A stretch of 63,812 bases of DNA, counting the filler, from Octopus bimaculoides (taxonomy: Eukaryota), in assembly GCF_001194135.2 (NCBI RefSeq). It is 5 parts of 5 records of this genome, joined end to end, with 100 filler letters (N's around TTAATTAATTAA, not from the genome) between each part and the next. Parts side by side here need not be neighbours in the genome. Positions count along the whole stretch, not along the records: positions 27,635 to 57,540 come from NC_068986.1; 4 more parts are not named here. One strand, given 5' to 3'. Below the pieces are notes generated by a model. That model was not told the DNA's origin. It made no database searches and worked only from the letters and a program-made list of their open reading frames with translations. A program made the position numbers and the translations under genes. Positions 37,901 to 51,804 of the stretch are shown in pieces. Position 1 is the first letter of the stretch. The number at the start of each line of letters is the position of its first letter.

Positions 37901-39792
37901 TGGAAACAAACCTGATGTTATACTAATGTAAAATAAAATGCAAGCGTTGGAGTGGACCCTGGGACTTACATTGCTAAACGAGAAGTTTATTGTTGCTGTT
38001 TAGCTGCAGATTAGTCACTTTATTATTAAAGCGTTCCAGATATGGCCACTGGCCTGTTTGTTTCTTATATGTAGTGGATCTAAATTGACATTTCAATATT
38101 TTTTTTCGAAAATGGCATGTAATTTGAGAAAGATTTGGTTTCTAATCATGGTAAGATTAGCAGGCTCCCCCGTTGGCTGTAGATAATCACTCAATGAAAT
38201 ACATTGATTCATTACTCCTGTTTTATGTTTTTATTGCGTTGAGACCCTCGTCAAGTATTGCGAATAAGTAGAGACAATGGGTGATGATAAACGTTTGAAA
38301 ACATTTTGATTCTACAGTTTTAATAGGCACGGTTGGAGTGTCTTATGATCATAAGTCTTCTCGATTGGTACAACCGGAACGCCTTATGAGGATATGGCTC
38401 TTTGATTATGATTAACAAGAAACCAAAATGCAATATCATCACCATCATCATCACAATTAACAGCAACAACCGTTTAGATGTGCATGCGAGTCACAACCTT
38501 TACTTTCTTCTGTTCCACCATACATTGAATTTATTCAAATGAAATCAATATTCAACTCAAATCAATATTCTATAGCAAACCATTAGAATCAGAGGAAACT
38601 ATTGATGATATCTACGTAGAGAAAAAGTTCAAACTAGATTAAACATTATGCCGTGAGGAAGAAGTGAAGTCTAACGTTTTAGACAAAACCGTTTGAAAGG
38701 GAGAAAGTGAGAGAAAGAAAGGAGGAGGGAGACGGAAAGAGAGAAAAAGATCGAGAGAAATAGAGAGAGGGAGAGAATAGAAAAAGAGAGAGACAGAGGT
38801 CTCAACATTTAATAGTTGTATAAGAGAGAACCAGCCTAAAGCAATAAGTAGCTCTTCAGTAAGAAAGACATTAATGTAGTTTCATTTCCGAGCAGAAATC
38901 AGTTCTTTTCTGTTTCCCACATGTCACTAACACATGTTCTGGCAAAATTCTGACCGTCACAAAGTTCCGCTTCCTCTCAATTAAGTTTGTCATTTAAATA
39001 TTTTCCCTTCAGAGATATCCAAACCAGCATTGACGGACATTAACGTTTTTGATACCAATCTGTCTCAAACCGCCTTTGTTTTCTGATACAAATTTTCTGT
39101 TTTAAAGTGACTGAATTGAAGACATTCCATAAAAATCATGTTAATTTATGTTCCAAAAACCGGTTTAATAGTGATACATATTTTACTAAATTCTACATTA
39201 AATTAAAAAAGTAATTAGATGAAACAAAGGCAGAGTATTTTAATAGAAATACGGTAACAAAATGGTGAAAGGGATTTGAATTAAAAACTTCTATCAAAAT
39301 TATATACTAATTTATGTTCCAAACACAGGTTTAATAACGACAAATTTAATTGATTTTAATAAATTCTTCATTCCTTTGAAAATTACTTGAAACAGAGGAG
39401 TGTATTTCAAAGTGGTATGACAACTAAATGGCTGAACATTTTTGAGATCATTGTGCCTGAAACTGCCTTTGGTTCTGTAACACAAAATTTTTGTTTTAAA
39501 GTGATCTAAATTATAGCCTTTCATCAAAATTCCATGTTAATCTCTGTTTCAAATATCAACTTAATAGCCGCAAAGATATTTCATCAAATTCTTTTATTCA
39601 TTTATTCTTTTACTCGTTTCAGTCATTTCATTGTGGCCATGCCGGAGCACCATCTTCCGATCGAAGAAATCAATCCCTGGACTTATTATTTGTAAGCCTG
39701 GTGCTAATTCTACCGAAGTCTTCTGGCGATGGTGAGGGGGTGGGACAAACACTGACACATACATAAACACATGCATACATACATACATACAT

Positions 39793-39858
<66 letters not shown>

Positions 39859-40212
39859 CGAATAAGTATCAACAAAGTTACAAGCAAAAGAAAATATATA
39901 GTTACATATAGCGAAGCCTGTATATATATACATATATAAACGGCCTCAGCCAATTGACTGAAACAACGAAAACATACAGGATAAAAGTTATATGTACATA
40001 CTTGCATACGCACACACAGATACATATACATACACACATTTATATATATATTAATAAATAAATTTATATTTATGTCTGTGTGTGTTTACAGAAAGGCTGT
40101 CAATAGCAGATTTAACGTCGTTAGCGAAAAATTTCAGTTAATTAAAATCACAGATTTTAGTAATTGGAACAATGATTTTGTAAATGATATACATGCATTC
40201 CTACATACGTAC

Positions 40213-40249
<37 letters not shown>

Positions 40250-40418
40250 NNNNNNNNNNNNNNNNNNNNNNNNNNNNNNNNNNNNNNNNNNNNNNNNNNN
40301 NNNNNNNNNNNNNNNNNNNNNNNNNNNNNNNNNNNNNNNNNNNNNNNNNNNNNNNNNNNNNNNNNNNNNNNNNNNNNNNNNNNNNNNNNNNNNNNNNNNN
40401 NNNNNNNNNNNNNNNNNN

Positions 40419-40460
<42 letters not shown>

Positions 40461-41285
40461 AGAGAGAGAGAGAGGGGGGTGCAGGGTTAATAAAGAACGT
40501 TCCACAGCCAAACTTCTTTCAACGACATTTCTTGGCTCCGAATCAAACATTTTAATGGGCAAAGTTTTAGGGGTCAATTTCCGAGTCTGTACTGATCTCA
40601 CATGTTTGGCAGATGGGGAGGAGGCAATTATAACATAATAAAGACAACACGTGAACGACATCGAAAACGACAGCAACAACAACAAAATCAACAACGACAA
40701 TTATTGGTCGACGAAAGTTTACGTTCAAAATATTTGCTCACAGTAAATGATATGGGGTTTTTGCCAAATATGATGGCTTTTGATAAGGCCATCGATGCCA
40801 TGTAATGGCGAGAATATCATCAAAGTTTTGGCGTTTATTATCTAGTAAAACATCGTTCTAATAGTTAATATAGGAAACGCTGACATCGTTTGATAATTAT
40901 TTCTAAAGCAGTCTCTTTTATTCCTAAATGGTCGACAGAGTTTGCGCTCAAATAACCTCTGCGTTCAATAGCAGATTCTACAAATCTGCCTTGTCTTTTA
41001 CATTTTCTGCTCGCCCTCATCGACCGCGCGTAGGAACAAAGGTGCATCAACCAATTATCACAAACATACAGAAACATGCATAAACTTGTATATGTGGATA
41101 TCTACGAATACATAATAGATATATAAGGCGTGGGGTTGTGTGGTAAGAAGCTTGCTTCTCAAACACATGGTTCCAGGTTCAGTCCCACCGCGTGGCATCT
41201 TGGGCAAGTATCTTTTACTATAAACGCTGGCCGACCAAATCCTTGTGAGTGGATTTGGTAGACGGAAACGGAAAGATACTCCGTC

Positions 41286-41322
<37 letters not shown>

Positions 41323-41325
41323 CGA

Positions 41326-41359
<34 letters not shown>

Positions 41360-41362
<3 letters not shown>

Positions 41363-42000
41363 CTGCTCAACACCAAAGCTTATTAACCCGGAACTACCAA
41401 GCCAATGTGATAAAAAATGGAGCTGACCCAAAATGCAGATTTTGTAGCGATGAGATTGAAACTATAGACCAAATAATCTCAGGGTGTAGAATCTTAGCCC
41501 CTGTAGAATATAAAACAAGACATGACAGAGTCGGCCAGTGTTTACACAGGACAATATATCGGCATTATAAAATCAAAACTGCTGATAAATGGTACAAACA
41601 CCATCCTGAAACTGTGACTAACGGAGAAAATGTGTCGATTATCTGGGATTTCCACGTACATACCAACAAAACTATAAAAGCTAATAAACCGGATATTGTT
41701 ATGAAAGATCAGAAAAAAAAGTGTGTTTATTAATTGATATGAGTATTCATTGCGATCACAATATAGCGGCGAAAGAATTTGACAAGATCACTAAATATAA
41801 AGACTTGCTGATAGAAATTGAAAAAGATGTGGCACCTCAAGGCGACTACCGTACCAGTGATTGTAGGATCTCTAGGAATGATAAAAGAAGGTACTGAAAC
41901 TTATATGAAAATGATACCAGGCTTACCATCCCAACAAGAAGTGCAAAAAATCGTGTTAACTGGAACGACTCCTGTACTGAAAAGAGTACTATCGCTGTGA
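41360..42000 (+). mobile_element. 3' fragment of an R4/Dong-like non-LTR retrotransposon (CCHC knuckle plus restriction-like endonuclease)
   Basis: AQHQSLLTRNY...KCRFCSDEIETIDQIISGC...YKTRHDRV...IIWDF...KPDIV...KYKDL...VPVIVGSLG, with frameshifts. Confidence 0.85.
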
Positions 42001-42229
42001 AAACAACATCCAGTCATGAAGTTATTTATTTATAATTTTTTTTAAATACATATTTTACGTGTGTAAACTGGGAATGCATACAATGAGCTTCTCTGTCCTA
42101 GGTGTACGGAAAATACTCGGCGAGAAATGGAAGAAAATTTGAAGAAAGAAAAAAAAATAATAATAGTAATAATAATAATGACGATTTAAAGTGGGAAATA
42201 CGAACGCTGTGCTCAATGAAGTGAGTAGA

Positions 42230-42575
42230 CGTGAGGTATCGTCCAGTGAAGGTCGGCTTGCGATATACGGATGTCCTGAATCCATACTCGGTGCGTCTTA
42301 TTAATACGTCCAGGAATGCCAGCTGATTGTTCTGTTCCTTTTCCATGGTGAACTGTATGGATGAATTTATTGAGTTCACATGATCTAACAGCATTTGGAC
42401 ATCTTGCTGGTGGGGCCAGAGAATAAAGGTGTCATCAACGTATCGCAGCCATAGGCTTGGTTTTAGTGGTGTTGATCCTAAAGCCAAATTCTCGAAGTAT
42501 TCCATGTATATATTGGCTATTATCGGTGATAATGACGAACCCATAGCTAAACCATCTCCTTGTCGATATATATAT
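42230..42575 (-). mobile_element. Penelope-like element reverse transcriptase fragment
   Basis: YRQGDGLAMGSSLSP.IANIYME...WLRYVDDTF...IQFTME.E....LAFLDVLI...TSVYRKPT. Confidence 0.9.
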
Positions 42576-42751
42576 AGACAGGGAACGACACTGGAAAATA
42601 CGAAAACTAAAAGAAGCAGCACATATGCTAGGACACAACAACCTCCTAAGCAGACCGAGTGCAGATATAAATAGCATATGGGAACCGGTATTGAGGAAGG
42701 ATAGAAAAATAATAGATTTATAAGCCTTAAAATTCACCCCATAATTGCCCA

Positions 42752-43000
42752 CGGGCATATGGCGTAGTGGTTAAGATCGCGGGCTACTAACCCCAAGGTT
42801 CCGAGTTCGATTCACGGCAGCGACCTGATTAATAATAATAATAATATAATAATAATAATAGTAACATCGATAGGAATGAGAACCCAGGTTCGAAATTTCC
42901 CCAAGACACCTGACGAAGGCTGGAGGGTATATCAGCCGAAACGTTGTGTTAACAACAAACAAGATGAGGACGAATATCCGTCAAATGTAAATAATGTAGA
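42752..43000 (+). mobile_element. tRNA-headed short element with an (ATA)n linker and a hammerhead-bearing tail
   Basis: Box A TGGCGTAGTGG at 42760-42770, box B GAGTTCGATTC at about 42803-42813, then (ATA)n and the hammerhead. A partial copy of the tail lies at about 44555-44655. Confidence 0.7.
42905..42950 (+). ncRNA. Ultra-minimal hammerhead motif (probably dimer-dependent)
   Basis: GACAC-CTGACGA-A-GGCTG(GAGGGTATAT)CAGCC-GAAAC-GTT^-GTGTT. Stems I and II pair; stem III is reduced to the palindrome AACGTT. Confidence 0.6.
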
Positions 43001-44491
43001 TATATTTACGTATTTATTATTCATATATATTCAAAACAGCGGATCCGCTCTGCCATCACACCGGATATCCTGTCTCAGGTTATTTTTTATTTTCGTTGAA
43101 ACAGGAAGTTCAAAATATTGAACGAATAAAAATTCAGTTTAGAATAGATTGGTAACTCCTACCACACGCATTCATTAATTTGGTCTAAGTTTTGTAATGT
43201 ATATATCTCTATATAATATGTATGTGTGTTTGTGTTTGTATGTATGTGTGTGTGTGTTAATAGACACATAAACAAATTACTCTGATATTTCTATGGGAAT
43301 ATGTTTGTGTGTCTCTATATATATATGCATGTACATTTCTATATATAACATGGCCTATGGGTATAAATGCACTTGCTGCATTTGCGACCAGTACACACGT
43401 CTTTTACCATTTGAATTCTAAGACTTAAAACATCACAAGCTATATTGCACATGCCAATAGTTTTACAACGGGGAACACAGGTCAGATAATATCAAGGTAC
43501 GGTATATACATATATGTGTCTGTATATATNNNNNNNNNNNNNNNNNNNNNNNNNNNNNNNNNNNNNNNNNNNNNNNNNNNNNNNNNNNNNNNNNNNNNNN
43601 NNNNNNNNNNNNNNNNNNNNNNNNNNNNNNNNNNNNNNNNNNNNNNNNNNNNNNNNNNNNNNNNNNNNNNNNNNNNNNNNNNNNNNNNNNNNNNNNNNNN
43701 NNNNNNNNNNNNNNNNNNNNNNNNNNNNNNNNNNNNNNNNNNNNNNNNNNNNNNNNNNNNNNNNNNNNNNNNNNNNNNNNNNNNNNNNNNNNNNNNNNNN
43801 NNNNNNNNNNNNNNNNNNNNNNNNNNNNNNNNNNNNNNNNNNNNNNNNNNNNNNNNNNNNNNNNNNNNNNNNNNNNNNNNNNNNNNNNNNNNNNNNNNNN
43901 NNNNNNNNNNNNNNNNNNNNNNNNNNNNNNNNNNNNNNNNNNNNNNNNNNNNNNNNNNNNNNNNNNNNNNNNNNNNNNNNNNNNNNNNNNNNNNNNNNNN
44001 NNNNNNNNNNNNNNNNNNNNNNNNNNNNNNNNNNNNNNNNNNNNNNNNNNNNNNNNNNNNNNNNNNNNNNNNNNNNNNNNNNNNNNNNNNNNNNNNNNNN
44101 NNNNNNNNNNNNNNNNNNNNNNNNNNNNNNNNNNNNNNNNNNNNNNNNNNNNNNNNNNNNNNNNNNNNNNNNNNNNNNNNNNNNNNNNNNNNNNNNNNNN
44201 NNNNNNNNNNNNNNNNNNNNNNNNNNNNNNNNNNNNNNNNNNNNNNNNNNNNNNNNNNNNNNNNNNNNNNNNNNNNNNNNNNNNNNNNNNNNNNNNNNNN
44301 NNNNNNNNNNNNNNNNNNNNNNNNNNNNNNNNNNNNNNNNNNNNNNNNNNNNNNNNNNNNNNNNNNNNNNNNNNNNNNNNNNNNNNNNNNNNNNNNNNNN
44401 NNNNNNNNNNCAGGTAGAAAAGTAGCCGACGAGGAACATTTGAAACATATGTAGTTCGAAACTGCCTATTTCATTTCCTTCACCAGCAGTT

Positions 44492-44555
<64 letters not shown>

Positions 44556-45090
44556 GGTTCGAAATTTCCTCAAGACACCTGGTGCTGGAGAGTATGTGTT
44601 AACAACAAACAAGAAGGACAAATATCCGTCAAATGTAAATAATGTAAATAATGTAATCTCGCGTGTGTTTACGTATTTATCACTCGTTGGTGATATCCTG
44701 TACTTAATGTGTATTTTATATATATATTATATAAAGGTAATAGGAGGTAGCTTACATATTTCTCTTGTAGTTACTATTTTGTAACTACTATTAACAAATG
44801 AAACACGTGTAATGGTGAATAAATTATACCAACATTTCTTCCTTCTTGATACATATATGTGTGTGTATGTATTACGTGGGTGCCTGTGTGTGTGTATGTA
44901 TTACGTGTGTGCCTGTGTGTGTGTATGCGTGTGTTTGTCTCAACATGAATGCAACAAATAGATATTTGTTGTAAATATCACACACACACACACACACATA
45001 TATATATACCCATATATATGCATACATACCTATAAATATATATACATACATGCACACATGCACACACTACAAACACACACACATACATAC

Positions 45091-45121
<31 letters not shown>

Positions 45122-45734
45122 AATTCCACTTCGATAATTTTCGTAAAGCATCTGTATGAGATATTTGCATCTTAATACAAAGTGGCGTTTTGCAAATTTG
45201 CATACAAATACCAATTCTTCAGGGACTGTCAGAAACTAATGTAAAAGAAATTATGCATAAACTGTGAACGAATCAACATTAATAAAGAAATATTTTCTGA
45301 CTATTGGAATACTAAAGACAATGTTTATAAGATAACAAGGCTGGCATGTTTTGCGTTCGAAAGCCCGCGTTATTTTTACATGTACTTTTAACGGGAGAAC
45401 ATCTATGATGAAGGCTAAACTGCAAAGGTTACAAGGTTATGCTCTCGATAAAATGAAGCTGAGACAAGATTTTGCTTCTTCGTAACGGAAATTCCGTCTT
45501 CACTTGTGTCATTATCATCTGCTCTTTGTGGAGAAACACGGACTTCACACGATCTTCGTGTCTCTTATGGTGCTTACCTATAAATCATCGGTATTTTTTT
45601 TTATCAATGTAGTATAGATTAAAACACTTTCCAATATAGATCTACGAAATTCAGTCTGGATGCGCTTGTTTGCCTATGAATGGCATTCTCTGGTTTACAG
45701 AATGAGAGAGCAAACGGTGGTATATAAACATATG

Positions 45735-45766
<32 letters not shown>

Positions 45767-46390
45767 NNNNNNNNNNNNNNNNNNNNNNNNNNNNNNNNNN
45801 NNNNNNNNNNNNNNNNNNNNNNNNNNNNNNNNNNNNNNNNNNNNNNNNNNNNNNNNNNNNNNNNNNNNNNNNNNNNNNNNNNNNNNNNNNNNNNNNNNNN
45901 NNNNNNNNNNNNNNNNNNNNNNNNNNNNNNNNNNNNNNNNNNNNNNNNNNNNNNNNNNNNNNNNNNNNNNNNNNNNNNNNNNNNNNNNNNNNNNNNNNNN
46001 NNNNNNNNNNNNNNNNNNNNNNNNNNNNNNNNNNNNNNNNNNNNNNNNNNNNNNNNNNNNNNNNNNNNNNNNNNNNNNNNNNNNNNNNNNNNNNNNNNNN
46101 NNNNNNNNNNNNNNNNNNNNNNNNNNNNNNNNNNNNNNNNNNNNNNNNNNNNNNNNNNNNNNNNNNNNNNNNNNNNNNNNNNNNNNNNNNNNNNNNNNNN
46201 NNNNNNNNNNNNNNNNNNNNNNNNNNNNNNNNNNNNNNNNNNNNNNNNNNNNNNNNNNNNNNNNNNNNNNNNNNNNNNNNNNNNNNNNNNNNNNNNNNNN
46301 NNNNNNNNNNNNNNNNNNNNNNNNNNNNNNNNNNNNNNNNNNNNNNNNNNNNNNNNNNNNNNNNNNNNNNNNNNNNNNNNNNNNNNNNNN

Positions 46391-46421
<31 letters not shown>

Positions 46422-46678
46422 TATATTGCTATAGATATAAGTATATGAAAAAATATATATCTTTATAATATATATAATATGCATACATGTAATAAACATA
46501 TATCATATTTAATAGCTATATTCATACATAAAATATATATTCATGATATAGTTTTATGCAAAATATATATTTATTACATATATGTAATATGCATATTTTA
46601 CACACGCGCGCGCGCGCACACACACACACACACACACGTGTGTGTGTGTGAATGTGTGTATGTATGTATATGTACATC

Positions 46679-46726
<48 letters not shown>

Positions 46727-47884
46727 CCTATCTATCTAACTATCTCTCTCTCTCTCTCTCACTCTCTCTCTCTCCATACATATATAGATATGCATGAATG
46801 TGTGTGTGTATAGATAGATAGATAGATAGATAGATTCATTTATATATATATACCTAGATACATGCTCACAAATATTTACATATACATACGCATAACAAAC
46901 ACAGACACACCCATACACACAAAGCACACACACACACACGCACACACGCGCACACACACACACACACACACACACAAAACACGCACACACACACACACAC
47001 ATACACACAAGCAACATTGTTGACGTCAAAAGGATTTAGAAACTTCATGACAACGTAGTATAATTTTTATCTTGTCTTTTAAACGATGATACTCGAAGCA
47101 GATAAAGCTATAAATAATAGCCTTCAACTTTTTCTATTCGGAGAGTTTTTAATCCAATATTCACACGCTATTATTTATTCCTTTATCTTCTTCCACTTTG
47201 GACCATTTGTAAAGATATATGTATACATACATATACACGTACATACATGCATACATACATACATACATATGCATACAAACATACATACCTACATGCAGAC
47301 GTACATACATGTATGTATACCTATATGCATGCTTATACACAGATACATACAAACATACATACCCACACACATACATACATACATATATAGATACATACAA
47401 ACATACACACATACCTATATACATACATACATACATACAAACATACAATTACAGACATATATGTGTGCATGCGTGTGTCCGTGCATGTGTGTCTGTATGT
47501 GTGCGGATGTGTCTGTACGTATGTATGCATGCATGTATAAAAGTCGATCAAATTGTTTTGAAACAATCACGCTATTTTTAAAGAACTTTTCCCAAATTTC
47601 TTTGGGAGATCCAGCTGTCCAAATGCAATCAAGAATTGTGCAGGAGCGAAACATGATTCTGAGAAAGAGACAATGAAAGACTGATATATGTAATGGAGTG
47701 TTAATCTTTGCCCTTCCCCCACTCTCTCACATCAATTCTTCCTCTCGTTCACGCATACACCTCACACAGAGTTTCTCGTCCATATCTCTTAGTCGTCACT
47801 GTAATTTATTAAAATTCCTCATTTAAAAATCATATCTTTGACATCTTAGTATTAGGTTCCAACCGGAAGAGTGAATGTAATATA

Positions 47885-48270
47885 TTCTGCTGGCGGATAC
47901 GATAGCACGCCGGGCGAAATGCTTAACTGTATTTAGTCTGTCGTTACGTTCTGAGTTCAAATTCCGCCGAGGTCGACTTTGCCTTTCATCCTTTCGGGGT
48001 CGATTAAATAAGTACCAGTTACGCACTGGGGTCGATATAATCGAGTTAATCGTTTGTCTGTCTTTGTTTGTCCCCTCTGTGTATAGCCCCTTGTGGGCAG
48101 TAAAGAAATAGGTATTTAGTCTATCTTTGCGTTCTGAGTTCAAATTCTGCGGAGATCGACATACATCCTTTCGGGGTCGATAAATTAAATACAAGTTGCA
48201 TACTGGTGTCGTTCTAATCGACTGGTACGCTTCCCCCAAAATTTCTGGCCTTGTGCCAAGAGTAGAAAAG
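47885..48270 (+). mobile_element. Two family A SINE copies
   Basis: gttctgagttcaaattccgccgaggtcgactttgcctttcatcctttcggggtcga and a second copy. Confidence 0.8.
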
Positions 48271-49544
48271 AATATTTTTTGCAAGTGGTTCATATTTAAA
48301 TATATTTATAAAATATTCAAGTGCTGTGTACTATGAATCGGATTGTTTTAGATTTGACGCTTTTGTGCCATGGCCCTTCCTTCATTTGCAATCTCCAATG
48401 TCAGCCATATGGAAGAAAAATGGCGAATGACGTCTCGTCAGAACTCTTAATTGGATGTTATGATAAACATCCAGTCGCGAGACCTGGTTACTGTAACAGG
48501 CCAAAGGTATTTCATGGGTGAGCCTTTGTGCCATTTCGTTGGTTTTTACCTGCCACTGTGGCTAGTTGAGAGCGTTCACCAGCAACACAATTCTGGACAA
48601 CCGATCATATTTCATCCTGGAATCATTCCATGTTTAGCGGAGTTGTCACTTTAACACTGCAGCACCGGGGCTGCTGACTTCTACCTGTTAGAGGACTTAG
48701 ATTTTGATAGTTCATTTATATTCCATAATTATATGTCACCACCAAGTCAATGTTATCAGCCTTTCACCACCTTTTCTATAATCTTTTTTGGTGGACAGCA
48801 GGGGAACCTCGAACTTGAGATATTTATGCATTATTCTTGATTGCATCGGGAGTTTCCATACGAAACTTCATAAACATTCGTCATCAACTGGCGACGTCGT
48901 TTCAGTAGTATGACATAAAACATCAACCATTTCTATAATTGCTTCTTGCAGGAATAAATTGACCAATCGTGACTTCAAATCCATTGCTGTGGTACTGTGT
49001 TATCTGTGTTCCCTACTGGATACTGGTGTATGCAATATGGCTTGTGAGGACGGCGAGCTGGAAGAATTGTTAGATTTCCAGACGAAATGCTTAGCGGTAC
49101 ATTTCTGGCCTTTTGCCTAGATTAGAAAAGAACATAGCTTCTGAGGATGGACCTGAGTCTTGCTAAAAGAAAGCAGCGAGCTGATAAACTTGGCTATTTT
49201 CTGGAACTGATAAATAAAACGATGGTTTCACAAATTCTTTGCTGAAGATGGTTCTATGAAAGTTGATGCCATGTATTACGCCGTACCTGAACTTTGCTCC
49301 TGACAGGAGAAGAGGAACAGTCCTTGATTAAACTGAATTCAAGTGCAATCTACTTGTCTCAAGAATGATTTGATAAGCGAATTTTCTAGAATCTCTCCAC
49401 CAATGGTTGACAATAAATCTGAGAAATAGAAATAAGCAACAAAGAAATAAAAAAGTAGATTTTAATGCAATTTTCTTTTTCATATTTTTTCATTATTTTT
49501 ATTCGTTATATTTTATTTATTGTTTTCTTTATTTTACAGTTGTG

Positions 49545-49805
49545 AAGGTACGTGGCTCAGTGATTAGGGTATTCAGCTCATGACTGTAATGTTGTGAGTT
49601 CGATTACTGGCGGCGCATTGAGTCCTTGAGCAAGACACTTTATTTCACGTTGCTCCAGTTCACTTAGCAAACATAAAATGAGTAGTACCTGTAATTCGAA
49701 AGGATGGCCTTGTCACAGTCTTACGCTGAATCTCCCTGAGAGTCACATGAAGGGTAAGCGCTTCTCTGGAGTACTCAGCCACTTGCACGTTAATTTCACG
49801 AGCTG
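49545..49805 (+). mobile_element. tRNA-derived SINE family C; related heads or tails near 15600-15830, 20185-20370, 24484-24578 and 53220-53650
   Basis: Box A gtggctcagtgattag, box B gagttcgatt, CORE-like ccttgagcaagacactttatttcacgttgctcc. Confidence 0.7.
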
Positions 49806-50457
49806 GATGTTTCGGTGATCAAATCATATGGAAGAGTTATCGAGGTAACCGACGGAGAGCCAGGCTCTGGTAGTCAGTCATGTGTACCTACGTTTCCTTC
49901 TTTTATTTCCCGCAGTCAGTAGAGCCTCTTTATGTCTCCAATAACAAACAAAATGGTGAGGCAAAAATGATTTCGCAATAAAACTGTGTAGATATATGAT
50001 TTAACGCAGAGACGTGGAAAGACCATTGTAATAATTGTTTCGGAAGAGAAATTCTCTGTATAGACAATGTTTGCGAAAACACATCGAACTCGGTTGAATT
50101 TCTCTTCCGAGACAATTATCGCAGCGAAGGTCCTCCACGTTTGATTAGCGTGGCCATGTTGAATATAAACGTTGGCAGCTTTATTCTAATCACTGCTGTT
50201 TTGTGTTTCTTTAATTAATATGGTTTCGACACGATTAAACAAGCGGTTACGAACGCTTAATAAAGAGTAAAAAAAAAAGCAACGATTTGATTCGTAACAG
50301 AATTATGTAGCCAAATGTAAATGTATGTATGTACGTAATATGCATGTATGTATGTATGTATGTATGTACGTAATATGCATGTATGTATGCATGTATATAT
50401 ATACATATATATACCCGTATACATATATATATACATATGTACACACATACACACACA

Positions 50458-50488
<31 letters not shown>

Positions 50489-51029
50489 ACATATATAATA
50501 AAAATAATTTTACGTTAATCTGAAGAGATACTCTATACTTTTGTAGAGCATAAATTCATTATTCTTAAACAAGAATATCATTAACAGGGACTTCGAAGTT
50601 TTAGTAAGGTAAGCCATCGTCGGACTGCTATGCATTGAAGTTAATCTTTGTTTATATAATGTCTGTTGACTTAAAATTTTCCTTGGGTATGTTGATTTGA
50701 GCACAGTGTTAATTAGATTGTAGTATGGATTGTAATAGAGAGGGGTTTTGGAGATATATCTGTTGATTAAATTTGGAGTTTTTCTTTTTAAATTTATTCA
50801 TGCATTTACAACTTTGTAAACAGGTGTGTCTGGTTAGGCGTGTCAGGTTCAGGTCATGGGATTGTCTTTTAGTGGTTCCAAATAAGGATGTATGTAGGTG
50901 TAGGAACACTTTTGATCAACGGATGTGCCAGCAATTTTTGGTTTTATTCGATTTAATCTTGTTTTGACAATGTACCTATATATATATATATATATATAGG
51001 TAGATAGATAAATAGATAGATAGATAGAG

Positions 51030-51072
<43 letters not shown>

Positions 51073-51172
51073 AAGATAGACTCAACTACAACATGACCGC
51101 TATTTAAGAAAAACATAAAAGAGCAGCCTTGGTATAGTTCGAGACAGTGTGGTTGTTTGAAATTACACGGAC

Positions 51173-51241
<69 letters not shown>

Positions 51242-51294
51242 CAGTTAGTCTGAAGGATATAAGCTAATCAGAAATGCTAAGTACATAGTCCCAG

Positions 51295-51670
51295 ACATGG
51301 CTGTGTCATAAGAAGTTTGCTTCTCAACCTCAGGATTCTGAGTTCAGTTCCACTGCATGGTACCTTGATTAAATGTCCTCTACTATAGCCTCGGGCCGAC
51401 CAAAGCCTTGTGAGTAGATTTGGTAGACGGAAACTAAAAGAAGCCTGTCGTATACATATATAAGTGTGTGTTTGTGTTTATACCTGTGTTCCCTTTTCCC
51501 ATCACCGCTTGACAACCTGTGCTGGTGTGCTAACATCCCCGTAACTTAGCGGTTTGGCAACAGATACCAATAGAGTACATCTTGGAGCCGATTCATTCGA
51601 CTAAAATTCTTTAAAGCGTTGCCCCATCATGGCCGCAGTCTAATGACTGAAACAATTACAAGAATATAAG
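51295..51670 (+). mobile_element. Full-length family B SINE; further partial copies near 1210, 3250, 13160, 14915, 27655, 31290, 36440, 39600, 41120 and 55270
   Basis: ggctgtgtcataagaagtttgc...gcctcgggccgaccaaagccttgtgagtagatttggtagacggaaac...catggccgcagtctaatgactgaaaca. Confidence 0.85.
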
Positions 51671-51804
51671 AATACTGAACAGAAACTTCACAAGATTTAA
51701 TCCATGGAAACCGTGATGAGGCGAGATTTGAACACGGAATGTCAATAGACCCAGTGATACACTGCAAACTACGATTTCTGTTGTTATTCCTTATTTAATA
51801 TCGG

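Noticed and set aside
40134-40700. ORF with a hydrophobic start as a third secreted cytokine
   Set aside because: There is no IL-17 cysteine pattern; the hydrophobic run derives from a (CAA)n-like tract and the ORF runs into microsatellite and Ns.
42752-42830. Genuine tRNA gene
   Set aside because: The acceptor stem does not pair convincingly and the sequence continues into a repeat tail; interpreted as a SINE-type head. tRNAscan-SE would settle it.
43492-46499. Long ORFs in the track spanning N runs, and the many YI/HT/CV/YLSI-repeat ORFs elsewhere
   Set aside because: They are artefacts of gaps and microsatellites.
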